Shown here: positions 38,040 to 46,321 of the stretch, one piece after another | Numbering within the stretch: the first letter of the stretch is position 1 | Layout of the letters: each line of letters begins with the position of its first letter | Origin: an uncultured virus (IMG/VR IMGVR_UViG_3300028283_000004) | Lineage: Duplodnaviria; Heunggongvirae; Uroviricota; Caudoviricetes | Length of the DNA: 64,000 nucleotides | Reading direction: 5' to 3' (one strand) | IMG/VR virus record: IMGVR_UViG_3300028283_000004 | Notes under the pieces: generated by a model | Told to the model about the DNA's origin: nothing | Databases searched by the model: none | Seen by the model: only the letters and a program-made list of their open reading frames with translations | Program-made: the position numbers and the translations under genes

Positions 38040-38572
38040 ATGAACAATAAACAACGATTATTTGAGGTTATGGGCAAAGTAAACTCAGATTTTAATACGA
38101 GTAAACCAAAATTCATCATTCCTGTTGGTATTTCAGGAAGTGGTAAATCTACGTGGATAAATACACTAGAGGGACAGGGTTACGCAGTAGTTTCTCCAGA
38201 CGATATTAGAAGAGAAGTATTGGGAACTGTTAATGATCAATCAAGAGGTGGTGAAATATTTCAAATTGCATATCAAAGAGTTGCGGATGCATTAAATATT
38301 GGCAAAAATGTGATTTTTGATGCAACAAATGTCGGTTCTTCGGATAGAAGAGAAATGTTAAAATATCTTAAGAATAATGTTAATGTTGATTTTGATGCTT
38401 ATGCAAAAATATTTGATGCAAATCCTGAAGTAAGTAAAGAAAGAATTAAAAAGATATTGAGGCTGGTGTTGATAGGTCAAACGTACCTCCAGAAGCAATC
38501 GATAGACAATATCAAAAATTTACAGGCGGATTGGGTAATTTGGAAACTGATGGTTATAAAATAATGACATAA
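38040..38572 (+). CDS. polynucleotide-kinase-like P-loop kinase (AAA_33) with shared N-terminal leader; -1 frameshift near 38450
   Basis: GISGSGKST, SPDDIR, VIFDATN; conserved-looking tail RSNVPPEAIDRQ is in the -1 frame and ends in a TAATG overlap. Confidence 0.8.
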
Positions 38573-39123
38573 TGAAAACTAAAAAACAAATAATCGACCT
38601 TGAGGGTCAAAGATATGGTTTATTTATGACAGACAATTCTTTTGATTTGGATGTTATGTATGGAAGAAATTTCTTACAGACAGATAATGGACAAGAAGTT
38701 ATTATTCATAGAATAAACATAATTGAGACCAAATCGCATGCATTATATGGTCAAGCAAAGGCTAGAGATAAAAAATATATGTCACCTGTTAGAATAAGTG
38801 TGATGGTTAACATTGATGAAGCTAAACAAAGTTATTATGGCGAAGGTAAGGGTGGAATTACTCGTGATGATACTGGCAACATTTCATTTGGTGTTTATAT
38901 AAAAGAACTTGAGGAAAAGAAACTTGAAATTAACAGGGGTGATATTATTGAATATAACATGAGTGGTGAAAAGAATAGATATTATGAAGTTGAAAATGCC
39001 AATCTTATTGCTGACGAAACCAAGAAAACTATTGGTGGGTTCAAAAATTATTGGCGTAGGGTAACTGGAGTGCCTGTAAAAGAAGATGTTACCCCATTTT
39101 TAAGTGAAACAAAGGGAAATTAA
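38572..39123 (+). CDS. neck/head-completion protein (gp14-like)
   Basis: HALYGQ, INRGDII, YYEVEN motifs; follows the gp13-like gene. Confidence 0.65.
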   Translation: MKTKKQIIDLEGQRYGLFMTDNSFDLDVMYGRNFLQTDNGQEVIIHRINIIETKSHALYGQAKARDKKYMSPVRISVMVNIDEAKQSYYGEGKGGITRDDTGNISFGVYIKELEEKKLEINRGDIIEYNMSGEKNRYYEVENANLIADETKKTIGGFKNYWRRVTGVPVKEDVTPFLSETKGN

Positions 39124-39124
39124 T

Positions 39125-39155
39125 AAAAAAGAGGATTAATATAATCCTCTTTTTT
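39125..39155. terminator. bidirectional intrinsic terminator
   Basis: aaaaaagaggatta-ata-taatcctctttttt. Confidence 0.8.
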
Positions 39156-39474
39156 ATTCTTCATACATTTCAAAGATTTCATCATCGACCCAAACAGGTG
39201 TTTTTTTGCCCACATATCCACCATCAACATTAAATTCGAAATGTTCTATTGCTTGTTCCAATATTTCATCGTCAGTTAAAATTTCGTTTGATGTTTTAAT
39301 ATACTCTTTTATATCATTTACAATTATCTCAATACCTTTTGTTCTAGAATAACAAACAACAGTTGTACTGGTTTTTTTATTGTAAGACACACCAATTATT
39401 GCATCATCAAATCCATCTGCACACAACAATTCCTCATCAGGATAATTTTCGGCTAAAATTTCACGTTTATTCAT
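39154..39474 (-). CDS. conserved phage hypothetical protein
   Basis: ADGFDDAIIG...EHFEFNVDGGYVGKKTP. Confidence 0.7.
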   Translation of the reverse strand: MNKREILAENYPDEELLCADGFDDAIIGVSYNKKTSTTVVCYSRTKGIEIIVNDIKEYIKTSNEILTDDEILEQAIEHFEFNVDGGYVGKKTPVWVDDEIFEMYEE

Positions 39475-39717
39475 TTATTTTATTTTTAAATGTTTATTTT
39501 TAATCTTCTCTAGTTCTTCAATAAGTTTTTTATGTTGTTCTTTTGATTGAATACCCAAATCATCACCATATTCTTTAAATATATCGATAACAAAGATAAT
39601 AAATTCTTTTTCTTTATCCGAAATATATGTTCCATTTTTTAAAAAGAAATATATTGCAAATGAAAGAAATAGAATTATTAATGTTAGTAATAATATTAAT
39701 ATATAGAGAATTATCAT
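39475..39717 (-). CDS. small membrane protein
   Basis: N-terminal hydrophobic helix. Confidence 0.65.
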   Translation of the reverse strand: MIILYILILLLTLIILFLSFAIYFFLKNGTYISDKEKEFIIFVIDIFKEYGDDLGIQSKEQHKKLIEELEKIKNKHLKIK

Positions 39718-39736
39718 TCAATGTGGTTATAATTAA

Positions 39737-39910
39737 CTAATAATACATTTCAATTAATTCATCGATAATTGCATTTATTTCATCGTCATCATAATCCCAA
39801 CCAATATTTCGACATTTCAATACAATTTCATGCACTGGTGTGCCTTCTAAATATTCTGTGAAAATAAAACGCCACGAATCTTCAATAATAAATTCAATTG
39901 AGGTTATCAT
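39737..39910 (-). CDS. small hypothetical protein (57 aa)
   Basis: MITSIEFIIEDSWRFIF...; starts 2 nt after thyA stop. Confidence 0.55.
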   Translation of the reverse strand: MITSIEFIIEDSWRFIFTEYLEGTPVHEIVLKCRNIGWDYDDDEINAIIDELIEMYY

Positions 39911-39912
39911 AT

Positions 39913-41091
39913 TTATTTTTTTAAACCAGTAAATAACTCCGCTTTAAGTGTTGGATGTGATTGATAATTTAACAATTCAAAATCATTAATGGTTAATGAT
40001 AGAATATCATCTAAATTATTTAATTCTTTATTAATTTTCATTGTCGGTAATGCATATGGTTCTCTGGAGTGCCTAGGTATGTGATAAATATCAAATTCAC
40101 GATGCCAATCACCTGCGAATGGATATAAGTCAACAATACGTCCCCTTTCTTGAAGAATTTCACTTCTTTCATTCAAAGTTAATTTCCTTCCAATTTGCTC
40201 TTTAGCTGTTTCAACATGACTTACATATAAATGAGTATCGCCACCAATCCAATTTGCAACACCTGCAATCATGTTAGATGCTTTTGCAAATATTAGTAAC
40301 ATTAACGACATTGAAGCAATGTTGAAGGGAACACCCAAAAATGAATCGCAACTTCTTTGGTACATATTTAAATCTAAATAGAATTTAGGAATGTTGTATT
40401 CATCAAGTTGTTTGGTTTGCCAAAACATTAAAATATTAGGATGTTTTATATCAGCAATATTTATTCTTTCTTCCAAACTCAATGGTCTAACAATAAACTG
40501 ATAAAGCAAATGGCATGGTGGCAACGCCATTTCGGGGAAGTCGGCTTTATTCCACCCATCAATTACATGATATCGTGAATATGGATTTGTTTTCAATCCA
40601 TCTAACACATCTTTAACCTGATCGACACCATTTTGATTTCTCCATTGATAACCATAGACCTTTCCTAAGTCACCAAGTTTATATGTAGAATCACCGCCTA
40701 AATATCCTATGTTAATATTATGAATAAATTCTTCCATTGTGAATGGTCTGATTTTATTTTCAATAATATCTTCTTGAAGATAATCATATTCTGGTTCAAC
40801 CAAAGTGCTTATGTATTTTAAATACCATCTGTAAGCATCTCCATTCCAGATATTTACGTTATTATCGACAAGATATTTAATATTTGTCTCGCCACGTAAG
40901 AACCACAGAAGCTCATGTACAATACCCTTCCAATACATTTTTTTAGTTGTAAGTAACGGAAAACCATCTTTCATATTCATGCTAATATCGGCTTTTGAAA
41001 TACCAATAGTATTTGGCATATTTTCCCTTCCACTTTCCTTTTCAACACCATTATCAATGATGTTTTGTAATAAATCTAAGTACTGTTTCAC
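39913..41091 (-). CDS. thyA: thymidylate synthase
   Basis: FPLLTTKK, ELLWFLRG, VYGYQWR, MALPPCH, YQRSCDSFLGVPFNIAS, DTHLY; likely GTG start at 41091. Confidence 0.95.
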   Translation of the reverse strand: MKQYLDLLQNIIDNGVEKESGRENMPNTIGISKADISMNMKDGFPLLTTKKMYWKGIVHELLWFLRGETNIKYLVDNNVNIWNGDAYRWYLKYISTLVEPEYDYLQEDIIENKIRPFTMEEFIHNINIGYLGGDSTYKLGDLGKVYGYQWRNQNGVDQVKDVLDGLKTNPYSRYHVIDGWNKADFPEMALPPCHLLYQFIVRPLSLEERINIADIKHPNILMFWQTKQLDEYNIPKFYLDLNMYQRSCDSFLGVPFNIASMSLMLLIFAKASNMIAGVANWIGGDTHLYVSHVETAKEQIGRKLTLNERSEILQERGRIVDLYPFAGDWHREFDIYHIPRHSREPYALPTMKINKELNNLDDILSLTINDFELLNYQSHPTLKAELFTGLKK

Positions 41092-41092
41092 A

Positions 41093-41287
41093 TTAACTAA
41101 CTTTTTTCTTTGTTTCAATTCTCTCAATCTCACGATTAATACGTGTGATGTCTGAAGGAGTTAAAACGATCATGTTTTCTGTTGTTTTGCCATTAACCTT
41201 TTCTGGTTTAGTCCCTCTTTTAAGTTGTGCTTCAAATTGTTTTCTAGCACTCTCTCTTCTGATTCTAATTCCTGTTGTACCTTTCAT
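41093..41287 (-). CDS. small basic hypothetical protein
   Basis: 64 aa ORF in operon. Confidence 0.6.
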   Translation of the reverse strand: MKGTTGIRIRRESARKQFEAQLKRGTKPEKVNGKTTENMIVLTPSDITRINREIERIETKKKVS

Positions 41288-41298
41288 AATTATTTAAT

Positions 41299-41856
41299 TT
41301 AAATATTAATTAAAATTTCTTTCGGATTAAAAATACCTCTAATCATAACACTTCGTGTTCCATCATACATATAATCTTTAGGATTATCTAAAATATCATC
41401 CAATGTTTCATGTAGCAATATTCTAAGTCCATCTTCAAGAATATGGTTATTTGTCATAGTTGTTAAGTCTTGAGCCATCGCAGGACTCCAAGATAACATA
41501 ATTCGCCTATTTGGTGAAAAATCTGTTTCGTCATAAATAACAGGACTAATACTTGCACCATTTTTTACTGGTGTTGTAAACGATTTTACGTCCCACGTTA
41601 GTGGTGATAGATAAATTTCATATAAATAAACCTTTCCAGTTAATTTAGTATCTTCTTTTACCGATATGGTTACAGAATCATAAATATTTTCATCCACATC
41701 TTTCATTGAAGGGGTGTCAATTATTATAAGTTCTTTTACATCGTTAAATTCTTCTGTGTGATAGAGAAGAATGTCTTTTATTCTTTCCAAACCCTTCGAT
41801 TTGATATTACCGTCCGAAATTTCGGATAAATCTGAAATAAATTCTTTTATTTTCAT
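41299..41856 (-). CDS. hypothetical protein
   Basis: 185 aa ORF in operon. Confidence 0.7.
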   Translation of the reverse strand: MKIKEFISDLSEISDGNIKSKGLERIKDILLYHTEEFNDVKELIIIDTPSMKDVDENIYDSVTISVKEDTKLTGKVYLYEIYLSPLTWDVKSFTTPVKNGASISPVIYDETDFSPNRRIMLSWSPAMAQDLTTMTNNHILEDGLRILLHETLDDILDNPKDYMYDGTRSVMIRGIFNPKEILINI

Positions 41857-42393
41857 TTATTTAATTTTTAACAGTTTACATATATAATGAAATTCATTAA
41901 TGGATTTGCATTCACCATGATATTTTTCTTGATCGTTTATTGCTATCCAAATTAATGGTGGTTCTCCAACACATTGAAGATAGCCAACTTTATTTTCTTT
42001 CTTTCCAAAAACCCCATGTGAAACAGTTTCTATCCATCCTTCGGCTTCTATTTGCTCTTTGGTGAGATAGGGAGTTCTAAGTAAACCTTCTCCTATATAA
42101 AACTCAAGTCCTTCAAAATCAAGATATGTAACAATTTTAGTGGGATACCAATCATCTCCTGAAGAGGCATAGTTTTTTTCAAATTCATATCCAAATCTAA
42201 AATCAGAAATTTCTGGAATAAAATAGCTATTCACGTCACAATTATTTTCTTTATATACTTCACAAACTAGTTTGCCTTGATATTGCCCCGCTATGTTACC
42301 ATCAACAACACCTTCCAATAATCCTAGTTTACGCCATCTTTCTGTAGTTTCTTCTTTTAATTTCCTGAGTTGTTCTAAACCAATATTTTTCAT
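41857..42393 (-). CDS. hypothetical protein with N-terminus homologous to the major capsid protein N-terminus
   Basis: NIGLEQLRKLKEETTERWRKLGLLEGVVDGN versus capsid NIGLKQLREQREITTNRWEKIGLLEGLDGN. Confidence 0.75.
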   Translation of the reverse strand: MKNIGLEQLRKLKEETTERWRKLGLLEGVVDGNIAGQYQGKLVCEVYKENNCDVNSYFIPEISDFRFGYEFEKNYASSGDDWYPTKIVTYLDFEGLEFYIGEGLLRTPYLTKEQIEAEGWIETVSHGVFGKKENKVGYLQCVGEPPLIWIAINDQEKYHGECKSINEFHYICKLLKIK

Positions 42394-42662
42394 TTTAAGT
42401 GCTTTAAGGCGTTTAATATTTCATCCTCGTTCATCGTATCCAGATTATCAACAATGCCCGTCATTTCGGCTATTTTGTTATTTAAATCGTCTTCAAGACT
42501 TGTGTTTGAGTTTAACAACTCTTCAATTTTAGAAAGAGCAAAAGCTGCTTGGAATCCTTTGTCTATTTCCATTTTATGTTTATCGAATTCTGCATAAAAC
42601 TTTAATATTGGCTCAATTAGCAACATTAGATTTTGGTACTGTTCAATGCTATTCATCATCAT
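42390..42662 (-). CDS. hypothetical protein
   Basis: ORF in operon. Confidence 0.6.
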   Translation of the reverse strand: MMMNSIEQYQNLMLLIEPILKFYAEFDKHKMEIDKGFQAAFALSKIEELLNSNTSLEDDLNNKIAEMTGIVDNLDTMNEDEILNALKHLK

Positions 42663-42993
42663 CGGTTTCTTTATTTAAACGTTCTTTGATTATTTCTCTT
42701 AAATCTTTAACCTCTTCTGGATAAAGTGTGAATTCTTTACGGGCGGGATATGAAGTCTTATTATTTATTTTTTTATGAAAAAAACTACCGTGAGATTCGG
42801 CTTCTTCAAATTCTTCATATAATTCTGGATTAACATTTCCATAAGAATATGTATGTCCTCTACTAAATGCAATATATAATCTTTGCATTTTAGGGAAATA
42901 TGTTGTTTTTAATATATTATCTGATTGAAATACAGATTCAACATATCCAACTTCGCCATTCTCTTCCTTATGTTCTTTCCTCTCAACTAACAT
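42649..42993 (-). CDS. KTSC-domain protein
   Basis: SDNI...LYIAFSRGHTYSYGNV...AESHGSFFHKKI; TATATTTG -7 box at 43013-43020. Confidence 0.8.
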   Translation of the reverse strand: MLVERKEHKEENGEVGYVESVFQSDNILKTTYFPKMQRLYIAFSRGHTYSYGNVNPELYEEFEEAESHGSFFHKKINNKTSYPARKEFTLYPEEVKDLREIIKERLNKETDDDE

Positions 42994-43069
42994 AGCAATT
43001 GTTTTAAGTAGGCAAATATAAGCAATTAAATATTAAAAACAAAGAGTATTTATATAAAAATATAATTAA

Positions 43070-43834
43070 ATGGGATTTCCTAAAAAAATAAAATATTTCC
43101 TCGATGTCAATCCACCTAAGATTGGTACTGAATATCTTAAATATGGTTTTGATAGAATTGAGGAACTTATGCGTGAAACCGACACTAAAACCAAGTATCT
43201 TCCAAGAACAATTTTGCTTGAGGATTTAGATCAAGCACTTTTTGACTATGTTAATCGTGACGGTATGAAGGCTGTTATTGATGGCAATGCAGTGCCTGTT
43301 TTTTATTTGGATAATGATAGGTGGGGAGAATTTTCTAAAACGTGGAAGTTTACGGATAACGATAAAAACGTACCAACTCCATATGTTACAGTAAGACGCA
43401 CTGAAAAACAAGCTGGTACTAGACTTGGTACTAAATATCGTATTCCACAGCCACGTAAGTTCAGATATATGGATGTGCCCATTCTTGATAATGGTGAAGT
43501 AATATATCTAAGATTTAAAATGCCTGAACCAACAAATGTTGATTTAATATATGAAGTAGTGTTATTTACAAAATATAGAGTTGATGTTAATATGTATGAC
43601 GAACAAGTGCTTAAGAATTTTGCTTCCCGCCAAGAATACCTAGCAATTAAAGGCAATCCAGTTCCTTTATTGTTTGATGGATTTGCAGAAGCAAATTCCA
43701 TTGAGAATATCGATGGTGACAGATTTTTTGTCTCAAAATATACCTTAAAATTACTTGGTTTTATTCAAGACGAAAAAGATTTTGAAATCGTTAAAACAAC
43801 AAGAAGACCAAAATTTGGTTACGTTGTTAAATAA
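43070..43834 (+). CDS. tail terminator/completion protein (gp15-like)
   Basis: PYVTVRR and PEPTNVDLIYEV motifs; late-type motif upstream. Confidence 0.6.
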   Translation: MGFPKKIKYFLDVNPPKIGTEYLKYGFDRIEELMRETDTKTKYLPRTILLEDLDQALFDYVNRDGMKAVIDGNAVPVFYLDNDRWGEFSKTWKFTDNDKNVPTPYVTVRRTEKQAGTRLGTKYRIPQPRKFRYMDVPILDNGEVIYLRFKMPEPTNVDLIYEVVLFTKYRVDVNMYDEQVLKNFASRQEYLAIKGNPVPLLFDGFAEANSIENIDGDRFFVSKYTLKLLGFIQDEKDFEIVKTTRRPKFGYVVK

Positions 43835-45137
43835 CTGTATAAGAATTTTCGCTATATTGGTATGTATTTCCTGTGGGATAATTTTGGTTAACGTTATTAA
43901 TATTAGTAATAGTATTATCAATTCTATTATTATATTGAGTACTATTTATTAATTGTTCTGCGTTTATATTTGGGGCTGATGTGCCGACAATTTCCCACGT
44001 TTTATTCACTAAGTCTAACTTGATTTTAAAATACATTTTTTCGGGTGTACTAATTCCAATGTTGTCCTGATTATAGAACAACACAGCATTTCCATATTTG
44101 GCATTATAAAATGTAAATTTAGCATAACCATTTGTAGTTGTACCTGTTTGTAACTCAATATATGATACGGGAACATACAAATTATATAACTGATTAATGG
44201 TGCTTGAATTAATAGTATATTGAGATTTATTACCAATTTTAGTTAAATAAGTTGTAAATATTTTCGTTTGAGTATTAACATCATATGTATTATAAAAGTC
44301 TAGAATAAAGAAACTATTAAGCATTGTTAAGCTATTACCATCAATTTCGGCTTGACTAAAACCAGCATTAATAAATGATGTGTTATACGTTGGAACACTT
44401 GGGATTACTGATATTCCAGTACAACTTTGGTTTTCACCTGAACAATTATAAGAATATGTGTTATTACAAACTATTTTTACTAATCCCAAATTAGATGTTG
44501 CCGAATCAATTGTAACAGTAACCCCGCCACCCTTTCCATTAAGTCCCATATCACAATCAATACCACCACCCACAACTATTTGTGTAACATCACTAACACC
44601 AGTAATTGTATATGTTCCCGTTTTTGTTTGTGAATCTGATTGTGAGTTTGGATAATTACCGCCAGATACTGAAGCAAATATGCTATCAACTGTAATAAAA
44701 CTAATACCACCATTGATTGATATATTAAAATTGCTTGTAGCTTGTGCTGGGTCTTGACCACTAGTTCCAACATTATCGCAGTTTGCATCAATAGTGTATT
44801 TAAATGTGATTGAAAATATTTGTCCACTACCGTAATTTACAGCTAAATTTGTGATTGATAGAGGATTAAAATAAATTTCTGTTGGCGTGGAATTATTAAT
44901 AATAACACCGTTTGAATTATAAAAATAAAAACTAAATATTGATGTATCTACAACTGGATTTAATTTAAATTTTCTCTCTTCAACATCAACAATAGGATTT
45001 ACCAAATCAATAGCAGTATATTCTGTTAAGTTATCAATTTCTTGCTGACTTCCAAGAAAATCATCATTTGAATCAAAACTAATTTTTAAATTTAAGTTTT
45101 GTCCAATACTTCTTAATTTTTCACGAATTATTGGCAT
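43827..45137 (-). CDS. probable virion structural protein
   Basis: Asn/Thr/Ser-rich; Cys/Gly-rich insertion; structural cluster. Confidence 0.55.
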   Translation of the reverse strand: MPIIREKLRSIGQNLNLKISFDSNDDFLGSQQEIDNLTEYTAIDLVNPIVDVEERKFKLNPVVDTSIFSFYFYNSNGVIINNSTPTEIYFNPLSITNLAVNYGSGQIFSITFKYTIDANCDNVGTSGQDPAQATSNFNISINGGISFITVDSIFASVSGGNYPNSQSDSQTKTGTYTITGVSDVTQIVVGGGIDCDMGLNGKGGGVTVTIDSATSNLGLVKIVCNNTYSYNCSGENQSCTGISVIPSVPTYNTSFINAGFSQAEIDGNSLTMLNSFFILDFYNTYDVNTQTKIFTTYLTKIGNKSQYTINSSTINQLYNLYVPVSYIELQTGTTTNGYAKFTFYNAKYGNAVLFYNQDNIGISTPEKMYFKIKLDLVNKTWEIVGTSAPNINAEQLINSTQYNNRIDNTITNINNVNQNYPTGNTYQYSENSYTVI

Positions 45138-46312
45138 GGCATTCCGATATTATTTATATCACCAATTGGTGTGTAATTAATTATATTTGCATTTCTGCTA
45201 AACCATACCTCATTAAAACTTGCAAGTGTGTTTCCATCTGTTAAATCTGGTGTAACATCAAAAACTATATTTGTAAATAAATATCTTTTTTTATTTACAA
45301 ACGGATAATCGACACCAATACCACTCAATGGGTCAAAATATCCTTGCGGTAATATATCTCTCCACACATAATTTCCATCACCAAGTGATGTTGCATATAA
45401 AGGAATTGATGTTGCTTGATCATATGAAGTGCTCCCAGTATTTGCAGTATAAATATCATCGCTTAAATATCTTAGTCTTAATGGGATAAATGGGTTATAT
45501 TTCCAAACAAGAGATTTACTATCATACGGGGTTTTAATGTAAACAGTTTGTCCAAATAATTGTGTTTGAAGAAATTCAGATTTGGTATATTCAATTAAAT
45601 CACATATTTTATTGTTATTTAACGTTTTAACAAAGTCTCCAATATTTAATTGTGTTGGTAGGTACGATATTTTTGTATACGTGCCACTTATTGCCCAGTC
45701 AGTGAAATTCATTGTTTCAATTGGATTGGGCAATGTTGAGGGTTTATATTGTGCATATAAATATAATTCGGTTGCTGGAAATATTAATTGATCGTAATAA
45801 TTTGAAACATCAATATCGACATTAAAATTATAAGTATATGCTTGTTCACCATATACATTATTTGAAAATCCAACTGGAAATATTTCAAATTGAGTGGGTG
45901 TTGCAATAACTTCAAAACACCTTACTATTTTAGTGATACCATCAACAGTTGCACCACTAATATATCCAGTATGTGATGGTCTAACCAAATAAAAATCAAA
46001 TGAATTTAAAATATTTTTTGAATTAGTTGTTTGTGGTAAAAAGAAATCTTGAAATTGACTATAGTTGAGCTTTAATCCATTTAAAAGTGACATGTACTCA
46101 ATTTTACCATATATTCTATATACGGGGTTAGCTTCTCTCTCAGCATCAAATATATCTGTCGCACTAAGTACGTTTCTAATGTCATATTCAGTGATTTCGG
46201 CAGTCTTATTAAATAATTCTATCTTATCATATGAATCAACATTAACAGATGCAATATTTTTATAACTATTGAGTAATATTTCCACTTTTTTATTTTTAAC
46301 TATAAATACCAA
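45128..46312 (-). CDS. probable virion structural (baseplate-associated) protein
   Basis: WRDILPQGYFD...VDYPFVN motif; true start may be GTG 46285. Confidence 0.55.
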   Translation of the reverse strand: MVFIVKNKKVEILLNSYKNIASVNVDSYDKIELFNKTAEITEYDIRNVLSATDIFDAEREANPVYRIYGKIEYMSLLNGLKLNYSQFQDFFLPQTTNSKNILNSFDFYLVRPSHTGYISGATVDGITKIVRCFEVIATPTQFEIFPVGFSNNVYGEQAYTYNFNVDIDVSNYYDQLIFPATELYLYAQYKPSTLPNPIETMNFTDWAISGTYTKISYLPTQLNIGDFVKTLNNNKICDLIEYTKSEFLQTQLFGQTVYIKTPYDSKSLVWKYNPFIPLRLRYLSDDIYTANTGSTSYDQATSIPLYATSLGDGNYVWRDILPQGYFDPLSGIGVDYPFVNKKRYLFTNIVFDVTPDLTDGNTLASFNEVWFSRNANIINYTPIGDINNIGMPCQ

Positions 46313-46321
46313 TAAAAAATT

